A stretch of 64,000 nucleotides of DNA, taken from NCBI RefSeq assembly GCF_009914755.1, contig NC_060933.1. One strand, given 5' to 3'. The DNA is from the human T2T-CHM13v2.0 reference genome, Homo sapiens. Of the stretch, positions 12,640-25,560 are shown in pieces. The position numbers and the translations under genes are program-made. Position 1 is the stretch's first letter; every line of letters starts with the position of its first letter. The notes under the pieces were generated by a model. The model ran no database searches. It saw only the letters and a program-made list of their open reading frames with translations, and was not told the origin of the DNA.

Positions 12640-13451
12640 CTCAACACGTCATTTAAGAAGTCAGTAAAGCTTTCTTCTATTGTGACAGCATATTTAATAC
12701 TGAGAAGGAAAAGAAAATTTTTATCTTGCGAATGTGAGCTTCCTCTAAATTATCAGGTCCAGAGAGGCGTGGGAATGAGGCAGCAGTCACGTCCCATTTC
12801 CCGCTTAGCTAAGTAATCATATCTTGAAGCTGCTTGCTATGTAGACTAGACTGACTGTCATCAGCTATAGATTAACCTAAGAGTGTCTTTGAATATTTTT
12901 TCCAGTGGCAAATATTTGCTTCTTTTGTATCGTAGCTGAAAGGAATGCTGGGAAACAAAATAAAGGCAAGCATTCATTAGAATAAGTGATCCAGTCACAA
13001 TGAATCAATTTGAACTTTTTTTTTTTTCGCAAAGTCATACTTTGAAAACGTCCAGCCGTAAATTGAAATAGTCTCCAAAATGTGAATTTTTTTCCCTGGT
13101 TCTAAGATGACCAGCTTTCTTAGAGAGTGAACTACACCATAAGGAAAATGATATGACCATGTTTACACATATATGTTATCTTAACGTAAAACATGTAAAA
13201 GGGGCATTTCTTTGAAAGTATATATTAGTCTGTATAATTTACTTTGCAGTATCATGAATGCTCTTATTTTTAAAAGTAGGAGTAGTTACTGTCAATTACT
13301 AATTTTTAGTACAAATAATTTAGCAGATATCTGAAAAAATTACAATTTTTAAATAGAGGTTTTATTTTAAATTAGTTTTAGATTCATACAGAAATTGGGA
13401 AGAAAATGCAGATTTCCCATGTAGACGCAACCTAGTTTCCCCGCTTTTTAA

Positions 13452-13837
<386 letters not shown>

Positions 13838-14102
13838 TAAGCTCACATCTTATTTGGTTTCCCTTAGTTCTGCCTTTTTCTCTCCCAGGATCCTATCTAG
13901 GATCCCATAGGACATTTATTCATCATGTCAGGCTCTTCTTGGCTGTGACAATCTCTCAGACTTTACTTCTGAGGACCTGGAACAGTGTTAGGAGGATTGG
14001 TCAGGTATTGTGTAGAATGTCCTCCATTGTGGTTTACTTGGGGTTTTTCTCATAATCAGCCTGGGTTTAGGGGTTTGGGGGAAGCAGAGCAGATGTGTAG
14101 TG

Positions 14103-14717
14103 TGTCCACAAAAAGAGTCAAAGACTGTAAAATATTTTAAGAGATGTATTCTGAGCCAAATATGAGTGACCATGGCCCTTGACACAGCCCTCAGGAGACC
14201 CTGAGAACATGTGCCCAAGGTCGTTGGGGTGCAGGTTGGTTCTATACATTTTAGGGAGATAGGAGACATCAATCAAGTGTATTTAAGATATATATTGGTT
14301 CGGTCCAGGAAGGTGGGACAACCCAATGGATTAGGGTGGGGGGGGGCTTCCAGGTTATAGGTACATTTAAAATTTTTCTGATTGGCAGTTTGTTGAAAGA
14401 CTTACTATCAATAGAAAGGAGTGTCTGGGTTATGATAAGGGGTTATGGAGACCAAGGTTTTATCATGGAAATGAAGCTTCCAGGTAGCAGGCTTCAGAGA
14501 GAATAGATTGTAAATGTTTCTTATCAGATTTAAGGTTGTGTTGATGTTAAATGCTGATTGGCTTTTCCTGAATTCCAAAAGGGAGGAGGGCATAATGAGG
14601 CATGTCTGACCACCTCTTTCCCATCATAGCCTGAACCAGTCTTCCAGGTTAACTTTGGTGTCCCCTGGTGGAGAGGTGGTTGGGGGAAAGATCTTTGAAT
14701 TTTATTTTTGGTTTGCA
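14103..14717 (-). mobile_element. MER4-family LTR
   Basis: tattctgagccaaatatgagtgaccatggcccttgacacagccctcaggagaccctgagaacatgtgcccaagg. Confidence 0.75.
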
Positions 14718-15599
14718 AGTGCTAGTCTAGTCACTTCATGCTCTCAAGATGTGTTATCACCATTAATGTTAACTTTTATCACTTGGTTGAGGCAGTGTTT
14801 TCAGGTTTTTCACTGTAAAGTTACTTTTTTCCCATGTCTATATTGTATGTATGCTTTTGGAGGAAGTCATCATGCAGAGCTCATACTTAAAGGAGTGGGG
14901 AGTTAGCCCCACCTCCTTGATGGCTGTCTGTATCAGGTATTTGGAATTCTTCTGTATAAGAGATTTCTATTCAGCCCATTTGCATATCTGTTTAATCATT
15001 TATTTATACCAGTATGGGTCCACAGATAGTTACTTTAATCTTTTGGTTGTTATCTAATTGTACAGTATTTTGTTGCTCTTTGTTCATACCTGTGGCCATT
15101 GGTAGCTCTTTCCACTGGCTCCTTTTACATAATTTCATGTTTTTTTTATAATTTATTTCTGTTACTTCAAAAGTACCCTGGCTCATATATTTTCTGTCCC
15201 AGTCCTAGTTTCAGCTATTTCTTCTAATAGCCCTGATTTCTTTTGTTAGAGAATGGTATGAAAAACTTACATCTGGCCACTAAATGTGGTCATTGCATCA
15301 TGACACTTACAGCTGACAGTGCAAAGAAATATATGTGTGTCTTCTAACTTATATGTACCCACTTAATTATAAAGGTTTCTATGTGGAACCATCTATGTAT
15401 ATGTTAAGCTAAATGTGAGTTTATACTTACGTTGTATATATATATTCTGACTCATTATGACAGAGATCATTCTAGGCTTCCCTATTTTTTATCTGTAACT
15501 TCTCACTGTAATAATGAGGAACCTGGCTCCTACTATCTGCCATTTATTTCATCCCTTGTACCATTGGGAACAAGGAATTCATTCTTGATCAAGATTCCA

Positions 15600-16625
15600 G
15601 GTTGGGACTTAATAAGAAATATATGTTTGGTCTGTGTCTGCAGTTCCTGGTACAGAGCTTCTAAAACTATTATAATTTCCTGAACAGTAGGGGTGCTAGG
15701 AGCATCTTGTGTTCTAATATTTGGTCTTTGGCCCTGGTTCCTGACGCAGAGTTCCTAAATCTCTTGGAATCTCCTGGATAATAGGAATGGCTTCTGTTCT
15801 AATAAGGACACTCTGTGGGTTCCTGGATGGTTTCAGGATGGGGATGGTCACCAGAAAGACCAAGCCATGATAAGAAGGTTGTAACTTTTAGCTTAACATG
15901 CAATCCTTTGAGGGTGTGAAGGGACTGGAAATTGAGTTAATATTCCGTCATGTCTACATGATGAAGCTTCCATAAAAATTCCTAAAATATGGAATTTGGA
16001 AAGTTCCAGATCAAGGCTGACAGATTTGATGTCTAGTGAGGGCTCATCTATCATAGATAGTGCCTTCTAGCATGTCGTGACATGGCAGAATGGGGAAACG
16101 GGCTCCTAGATGCTTTTATAAGGGCACTGGTTTCATTCATGAGGACAGCACTCTCATGATCCGATCACCTCTCGGTTACCTCTGAATACCATCCCTTTGG
16201 GGATTACATTTCAAAATAGGAATTTGGGGTGGGGGTGTACACACATTGAGACCATAATAACTAGTAAACATAAGTAAGTATTTCCTAGTTCCATAAGCCA
16301 TCATAGCAAATTGTCAAACCTGAAGAGGGGGTGTAGGAATGCCTAGTTTCTAGCCAAGTCATATAGAAGTTTGGGTAAACTGGGGATTCACAACTTGTGA
16401 TTGGCATCTGAGGTTGTGGACAGTCTGGTGTTACTAAGCCCTTAACCTGTAGGGTGTATACTAACTCCAGGTAATCAGTGTCACAGTTGAATTACAGGAT
16501 ACCCAATTGTTTTCCAGAGAGTTGGAATATTGGTTGGTATGGGAAACACCCCCCACCCCCCACAATTTGCTGTTAAAAGTGGAGTGTTGATAGTATAGAG
16601 GAAAATCATGGTTATTTTTCTTTTT
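15600..16625 (+). mobile_element. MER21-like LTR with a nested MaLR fragment (~16000-16260)
   Basis: cagttcctggtacagagcttctaaaac...ggtcaccagaaagaccaagccatgat...cttgtgattggcatctgag. Confidence 0.55.
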
Positions 16626-17575
16626 ACAGATATAGTAGTTTCAAAATTAACTATTATCCCTATGGGAAATAACTTTATAAAATAGAGTCCACTGTTCGTG
16701 TATATAGTACGTTTTGTTTTTAGTCTATGGATTCTACTCATTTCCAGCTCAGCACCTTTGGCCCACCACTTGCAACATACATTGGTAATACAGTTAGATT
16801 CTTGGTTGCACTCTGTATTTTGTCCTTATATACTTCCACATCCTAAATAATTTAATTTGTGTAGCTTGTGATTTGTTCTTTGTGCATTAAAATTCTGTGG
16901 GTTTTATCAAATGCATAGTGTCAGATATCCACTACTGAAGTAGCATACAGAATACTTCAAATCCCCACCCCAGACAGTCACTGATCTGACTATCATCTCT
17001 TTGGTTGTGCTTTTTCCAGAATGTTATATGAATGGAGTCATATAATGTATAGCATCTTCATACTGCCACCCTTTACTTAGCAACATAGATGCAAGATTCA
17101 TTCATTTGTTTTCATGGATTGACAGTTCATTCCTTTCTGTTGGTGAATGGTATTCCATTGCATGGTTGTACTTCAAATTGATTATGCATTCAGCTATTGA
17201 AGAACGTTCTGACTACTTCAAGTTTTGGCCATTATGAGTAGAGTGGCTCGTATATAATTACATGCTAGTTTTTGTTTGAACATAATTTTTCAAAGCAGCT
17301 GTCTAAACATACACAATTTAGGGGTGCATTTGTTGGATTGTAAGGTAAGACTTGTTTATCTTTGGGAAAAACTGTCAAACTATTTCCCAAAGTGGCTGTA
17401 CCCATTCATGCATTCTGCCAGTAATGAATGGCCGTACCTATTGTTCTTCAACCTCCAATTGTTACTGTTGAGCTTTTTTAAGAGTCCCACAGTTGTACTA
17501 GGTGTGCAGTGATATCTCAGCATTATTTTAATTTGCAGTCTCCTAATGAGATATATTGAGCATCCTTTTGTGTGA

Positions 17576-18085
<510 letters not shown>

Positions 18086-18424
18086 TAGGGTTTTTCATAG
18101 TAGAAAATTTAGTTTTATAAAGTCTGTTCTCAGTATTTTCACGAATTGGCACTTGATGCTGTGTGTTAAAACTCAACACCAGATCCAATGTCTCTTAGGT
18201 TTTCTTTTAGATTATTTATAGTTTTGCATTTGAAGTTGTAGTCTCTGGACTATTTTGAGTAGGTTTTTGTGTTTTACTTTGTGTATAGAGTCATTTCATT
18301 CTATATGGCTTCCAAATAATTCTTCCATCACCATTTATGGGAAGGGTATGGATATACTGGCCTTTATTTCGGTTTGAATTTCCAAAATTATGACACTGAA
18401 TAAACTGAATATTGAATTTTATAG

Positions 18425-18620
18425 GTATTTCAGGACAGCCAGGAGGGGGCGCACATCCGCCGCGAAACTGTGAGCAAGAGCGTCTGTGCTGAACCATGGC
18501 GCCACCAGAGGGCGCGCGATCCCGCCCCAACCAACTTCCCGCTGAAGTGCCAGAAGCAGCGAGGAGCTTCAACTTCCTCAGGGCAGCACGGGGGTCGTGT
18601 TAATTTGGTGTTCTTCATTG
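18425..18620 (+). CDS. FAM157: FAM157 putative coding exon 5
   Basis: Acceptor ttttatAG; encodes [32 protein letters not shown]...VNLVFFI; consensus donor GTGAGT at 18621. Confidence 0.8.
18439..18515 (+). promoter_or_regulatory. Two co-oriented CTCF-like motifs inside FAM157 exon 5
   Basis: CCAGGAGGGGGCGC at 18439-18452 and CCACCAGAGGGCGC at 18502-18515, matching the CTCF core CCASYAGRKGGCRS (the second one perfectly). Confidence 0.7.
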
Positions 18621-18879
18621 GTGAGTAAAAAGCTCCTGTCCACGGCCCTGAGTGCCAAGGAGTGAGTCTTTAGAGCACTCAGCAGAGGAAGAAATTCATC
18701 TAGAAAAATAAAGCCCCCAAATCTCACTATTTGGAGTACACCCTAATATCATTGTCAACGTCCAAGACACAGTGGCTGCTAATATATATTCTTACAGTGG
18801 CCTCTAATATAATAATCACACTGTGCTCTACATTACTATGATATCTACACCGTGCCCTAACACCTATATAATATTCACA

Positions 18880-21800
18880 CCATGCGCTAACACTGATGTA
18901 ATCCACAACATCGCTTCCAATACTAATGTAATAATATCCACACCATGCCCTATCACTGATCTAGTCCACACCATCGCTTCCAATACTAATGTAATAATAT
19001 CCACACCATGCCCTATCACTGATCTAGTCCACACCATCGCTTCCAATACTAATGTAATAATATCCACACCATGCCCTATCACTGATCTAATCCACACCAT
19101 CGCTTCCAATACTAATGTAATAATATCCACACCATGCCCTATCACTGATCTAGTTGACAACATCGCTTCCAATACTAATGTAATAATATCCACACCATGC
19201 CCTATCACTGATCTAGTCCACACCATCGCTTCCAATACTAATGTAATAATATCCACACCATGCCCTATCACTGATCTAATCCACACCATCGCTTCCAATA
19301 CTAATGTAATAATATCCACACCATGCCCTATCACTGATCTAATACACACCATCACTTCCAATACTAATGTAATAATATCCACACCATGCCCTATCACTGA
19401 TCTAATCCACACCATCGCTTCCAATACTAATGTAATAATATCCACACCATGCCCTATCACTGATCTAGTCCACACCATCGCTTCCAATACTAATGTAATA
19501 ATATCCACACCATGCCGTATCACTGATCTAATACACAACATCACTTCCAATACTAATGTAGTAATATCCACACCATGCCCTATCACTGATCTAGTCCACA
19601 CCATCGCTTCCAATGCTAATGTAATAATATCCACACCATGCCCTATCACTGATGTAATCCACAACATCGCTTCCAATACTAATGTAATAATATCCACACC
19701 ATGCCCTAACACTGATCTAGTACACACCATCGCTTCCAATGCTAATGTAATAATATCCACACCATGCCCTATCACTGATCTAATCCACACCATCGCTTCC
19801 AATACTAATGTAATAATATCCACACCATGCCCTATCACTGATGTAATCCACACCATCGCTTCCAACACTAATGTAGTAATATCCACACCATGCCCTATCA
19901 CTGATCTAATCCACACCATCGCTTCCAGTGCTAATGTAATAATATCCACACCATGCCCTATCACTGATCTAGTCCACACCATCGCTTCCAATGCTAATGT
20001 AGTAATATCCACACCATGCCCTATCACTGATCTAATCCACACCATCGCTTCCAATACTAATGTAATAATATCCACACCATGCCCTATCACTGATCTAGTC
20101 CACACCATCGCTTCCAATACTAATGTAATAATATCCACACCATGCCCTATCACTGATCTAATCCACACCATCGCTTCCAATACTAATGTAGTAATATCCA
20201 CACCATGCCCTATCACTGATCTAGTCCACACCATCGCTTCCAATACTAATGTAGTAATATCCACACCATGCCCTATCACTGATCTAATCCACACCATCGC
20301 TTCCAATACTAATGTAATAATATCCACACCGTGCCCTATCACTGATCTAATCCACACCATCGCTTCCAATACTAATGTAGTAATATCCACACCATGCCCT
20401 ATCACTGATCTAGTCCACACCATCGCTTCCAATACTAATGTAGTAATATCCACACCATGCCCTATCACTGATCTAATCCACACCATCGCTTCCAATACTA
20501 ATGTAATAATATCCACACCGTGCCCTATCACTGATCTACTCCACACCATCGCTTCCAATACTAATGTAATAATATCCACACCGTGCCCTATCACTGATCT
20601 AATCCACACCATCGCTTCCAATACTAATGTAGTAATATCCACACCGTGCCGTAACACTGATCTAGTCCACACTATCGCTTCCAATACTAATGTAATAATA
20701 TCCACACCATGCCCTATCACTGATCTACTCCACACCATCGCTTCCAATACTAATGTAGTAATATCCACACCATGCCCTATCACTGATCTAGTCCACACCA
20801 TCGCTTCCAATACTAATGTAATAATATCCACACCATGCCCTATCACTGATCTAGTCCACACCATCGCTTCCAATACTAATGTAGTAATATCCACACCATG
20901 CCCTATCACTGATCTAGTCCACACCATCGCTTCCAATACTAATGTAATAATATCCACACCATGCCCTATCACTGATCTAGTCCACACCATCGCTTCCAAT
21001 ACTAATGTAGTAATATCCACACCATGCCCTATCACTGATCTAATCCACACCATCGCTTCCAATGCTAATGTAATAATATCCACACCATGCCCTATCACTG
21101 ATCTAATCCACACCATCGCTTCCAATGCTAATGTAATAATATCCACACCATGCCCTATCACTGATCTAGTCCACACCATCGCTTCCAATACTAATGTAAT
21201 AATATCCACACCATGCCCTATCACTGATCTAGTCCACACCATCGCTTCCAATGCTAATGTAATAATATCCACACCATGCCCTATCACTGATGTAATCCAC
21301 ACCATCGCTTCCAATACTAATGTAATAATATCCACACCATGCCCTATCACTGATCTAGTCCACACCATCGCTTCCAATGCTAATGTAATAATATCCACAC
21401 CATGCCCTATCACTGATGTAATCCACACCATCGCTTCCAATACTAATGTAATAATATGCACACCATGCCCTATCACTGATCTAGTCCACACCATCGCTTC
21501 CAATACTAATGTGATAATATCCACAGCATGCCGTATCACTGATCTAGTCCACACCATCGCTTCCAGTACTAATGTAATAATATCCACACCATGCCCTATC
21601 ACTGATCTAATCCACACCATCGCTTCCAATACTAATGTAATAATATCCACACCATGCCCTATCACTGATCTAGTCCACACCATCGCTTCCAATGCTAATG
21701 TAATAATATCCACACCATGCCCTATCACTGATGTAATCCACACCATCGCTTCCAATACTAATGTAATAATATGCACACCATGCCCTATCACTGATCTAGT

Positions 21801-22300
21801 CCACACCATCGCTTCCAATACTAATGTGATAATATCCACACCATGCCCTATCACTGATCTAGTCCACACCATCGCTTCCAGTACTAATGTAATAATATCC
21901 ACACCATGCCCTATCACTGATCTAATCCACACCATCGCTTCCAATACTAATGTAATAATATCCACACCATGCCCTATCACTGATCTAATCCACACCATCG
22001 CTTCCAGTGCTAATGTAATAATATCCACACCATGCCCTATCACTGATCTAGTCCACACCATCGCTTCCAATACCAATGTAATAATATCCACACCATGCCC
22101 TATCACTGATCTAATCCACACCATCGCTTCCAATACTAATGTAATAATATCCACACCATGCCCTATCACTGATCTAGTCCACACCATCGCTTCCAATACT
22201 AATGTAATAATATCCACACCATGCCCTATCACTGATCTAATCCACACCATCTCTTCTAATACTAATGCAATAATATCCACACCATGCCCTAACACTGATG
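18880..22300. repeat. 63-bp-unit VNTR, ~54 copies, in FAM157 intron 5
   Basis: Unit ccacaccatcgcttccaatactaatgtaataatat-ccacaccatgccctatcactgatctagt (35+28 bp); substitutions only; degenerate ~30-bp monomers extend to ~18800 and ~22400. Confidence 0.98.
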
Positions 22301-22645
22301 TAATATCTGCACCATTCCCCAACACCAATACAATATCCACACCGTTCCCTAACACTAATCTAAATATCCATACCATGCCCTAACACTAATATATTGACAC
22401 AATGGCCTCTAATGCTAATAAATATAATAATATCTACTAAGTGGACTCTGTTGACATTGAGACTTTGTTAAGGGTTTTACAGCTTTGGCTGAACTATAGC
22501 CTCTGTAATGGATTTTGATGATGTGTCTGCTTTCCTGGCATGGTATTGACATGGTTGTTTTAAAAAGTAACTTATTTTCCAATAATGTCATATGTCTAGG
22601 CAACTTCCAGTAGTAGTACAAAGTACAGCTTGTTTCTTCCCTTAG

Positions 22646-22713
22646 ATTCCCCAACAGTTATTGCTGTACCAGATTTGCAGTGTCCCACAAAATACTCCGG
22701 TATATTGTACTGA
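22646..22713 (+). CDS. FAM157: FAM157 putative last coding exon portion
   Basis: Acceptor tttcttcccttAG; encodes (D)[21 protein letters not shown] then TGA at 22711-22713; exon continues to donor CAG|GTAACT at 22734. Confidence 0.8.
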
Positions 22714-22939
22714 AAGCATGGACACTCTCCCAGGTAACTACCACATAACCCCTAGATCAGGAAATCAGCGTTGTTCCTACATGATAATTCGGTCCACAAA
22801 CTCACTTCAGTTTTACCTCATGCCACACTTGGGAGTATAATGTGTTTTTTTTTTTTTTTTTATTAGGATCCAGTTTTCTTTTCCTGGAACTGTTCCCCAG
22901 ACTTTCCTGCATATTTATGACCTTGACACATTTAAAGAG

Positions 22940-25500
22940 CATACAGGTTTTTGTTTGAACAGTTGTTTTCAGGTCTTTGGGGTATATACCTAGGAATGGA
23001 ATCATTAACTCATATGGTAAATCTATTTGTAACTTTATGAGGAAACATCAAATTATTTTACACGTAGGCTGCACCATTTCATATTGTCACAAGCAGTGTT
23101 TAAGAGTTCAAGTTTCTGCACATCTTTGTCAACACTTGTTATTTTTTAGTATAACTATTCTTGTGTGAGTTAAGGGTTATCTCTTTATGGTTTTAATTAT
23201 GGTAATGATGTTAAGCATCTTTTCATGTGCTTGTTGGTGAAGTGTGTCTTTTGTCAATTTTTAGATTGGGTTGTCTTTGCTATGGAGTTGTAAAAGTTCT
23301 TTATACATTCTGGATAACAGACACTGATGAAGTATCTAATGTGCAGACATTTTCTTCCATTTTATAGGTTGTTGGAACGTAATAAGAGTTAATGTGTGGT
23401 CTCTGCTGCAGTGTCCTGAAACAGAGCGCTAAGCCTTGGGAATGTACGAAGTAATGTGTCTTTCGTACGCTAATGAAATGATTGATGGCTGGGGGCACCT
23501 GGACAGCCTCAGTGGGGCTGGCTGCCAAGGGAAGCAACCTTGTCATGAGAGAATTTGAAATTTCTTCCCCCGTCCCGTCTCTGTGAAGGGGAGAGGTGCT
23601 GATGGTTGAGTTGATCACCTATGGCCACAGACGTAACCAATCTGCCTGTGTAATAAAGGACAGGGTTGGGAGAGCATCTGTGTTGCTCTCCCAACACAAG
23701 AGATACTGGGAGGATCATATCTGGCGAGGGCATGGGAGGCCTGCATTCCTTCCATATACCTCACCTTGTGCATCTCTTCATCTGGCTTTTCATTTGTAGT
23801 GTTTAAAAGATCCTTGGTAATGAGTCAGGAATAGTAAGTACACTGCTTTCATGGGTTGTGTAATGTGATGTAGCAAATTGCTGAACCCAATAAGGGTGTT
23901 GTGGGAGTCTCCAATCTGTAGGAAAGTCAGACAGAAGGTAACCTGGGAACCTACTGTTTGTGGTTGGCATCTTAAGTGGTTACAGTCTTGTAACTTAGTA
24001 CCCATATTTTCTTAAAGAAGAAATGAATTAGTTTTACCATTTTGCTGTTCCTGCACTTAGCTCTTTAGGAATGCAATTATAAGCTTTACTGTCTCTCCAC
24101 CAGACACTTCCTATACTGCAAACTTTTCCAACTGTGTGATTACTTATAAGTTCCAGGGACCAAACCTTGAAACAAACTGGCACTTCCATATCTCTCCCCC
24201 ACCAGTAGATTGGCAGCAGACAACAGTCAATTTACAACCTGGCTCTGCCCGTGGTGGTGCTAGCAAGACCACCTAATGGAGAAAATATCAGAGCATGTCC
24301 CATAGACCCCGCACCTCCTCACCTCATCCCCTGCATGCCATTCTGGCAAGTCCGAAAGCCCAGCTTTCTGCCCAGAAAGTGGAAGCGCTTCCCTTAAGGC
24401 AAGAGCCTGTATGTTCCCTTCAGCTAAGCTCTGGCATAAAGTCACTTTCTTTTTACCATCCTTGTGTTTGTCATTTAAATTTGCAAGCGACAAGGGGCAT
24501 GACGTGTATTCCTAGGACTGAGCCCTTAGCCTGTGGGGTCTGATGCTTTCTCCATTTACTGTCACAATTGGATTGCACTGTAGGACACGCAGCTGGTACC
24601 CAAGATTTGGTCTGTGTGGGGAAAAAACCCATGTATCTGGTAACAGAAGTGTTCTGTGTTGAGTGTTGAGAGTATACTATAAGACAGTTGTTTTTCCTAT
24701 TATAACATTTTGTCTTTCAACTTTTTTCTTCATGTCTTCTGAGACGTAAAAGTTGTGAATTTTGAGGAAATAAATTGATTTATTTTTCCTTTTGTGGTCT
24801 GTGCTTTTGGTGTCAGATGTAGGAAACTATTGCTACGTGTAAGGTCATGAATGCTTAACTGTACGTTTTCTTCCAGAGTTTTTAGTTTTCACCTGTTTTG
24901 GTCTTTGATCCATTGTAAGTTAATTTTTTATGTGGTATGAGGTAAGGATACAATTTCATTTCCCTTTATGTGGATAGCAAGTTGCCTTACATCACTTGTT
25001 GAGGACAGGATTCTTTCCCCAATTTACTGGTAATGGACCTTGTCTAAAATCAGTTGAGCATAGAGGTATTGTTTTCTGTCTGGACTCCCAATTCAATTCA
25101 GTTGATCTTTCTGTTTATTCCTGTGCAAGGATCCCACTGTTTTTATTACTGTTCCTTTGTAATAAAATTTGAAATTGGGATGTGATCAGGATCAGCTTAT
25201 CCACTTCTGTCCCAAGGCCTTTGGGATTTTTGTAGGAATAACATCGAATCCACGGATTGCTTTGTGTACTTTGGGAAACTTAACAATGTGGTCTACAAAT
25301 CCACAAATAAGATACATTTTTACATTTACTGGAAGTTTAATTTCCTTAAGTAATGTCTTATAATTTCCCTCATCTAAGTCTTGTCGTTTCATTCCATTTA
25401 TTCCTAAGTATAATATTGCTATTGGTATTGTTTAAGGTAGAATTTTCATAATTTGGTGTAGAGATTATCCATTCCTAGCATATACATATAAAATGGAATG
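22940..25500. mobile_element. Antisense L1M fragments with nested MER21-like and other LTR pieces (~23370-24700)
   Basis: L1 ORF2-like peptide on the minus strand (NYKTLLKEIK...FDVIPTKIP, track ORF 25192-25392); IPFLGIYPKDLKT at ~22950-23005; LTR-type motifs between them. Confidence 0.6.
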
Positions 25501-25503
25501 TTT

Positions 25504-25560
25504 GGCCAGGCACCCGGGCTCATACCTATAACCCAAGCAGGTTGAGAGGCTGAGGAAGGG
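25504..25560 (+). mobile_element. 5' fragment of an old Alu/FLAM truncated at the telomeric tract
   Basis: ggccaggcacccgggctcatacctataacccaagcaggttgagaggctgaggaaggg aligns to Alu nt ~1-57. Confidence 0.7.

Noticed and set aside
18621-18840. In-frame fusion of FAM157 exon 5 to the VNTR ORF
   Set aside because: Read-through hits TAA immediately (ggt gag taa). Splicing to the ttcttacAG acceptor at 18797 enters a different frame that stops at TGA ~18839.
18880-22300. CRISPR array or synthetic tetO array
   Set aside because: There are no unique spacers; the whole 63-mer repeats. The array grades into degenerate monomers on both sides in a primate repeat context, and the tetO match is only 14/19.
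18823-22383. Annotating the 1186-aa and 1170-aa ORFs as genuine mucin-like or ice-nucleation-like CDS
   Set aside because: No signal peptide or non-repeat domain, near-absent synonymous divergence between units, and the openness is explained by unit length. Kept only as a finding.
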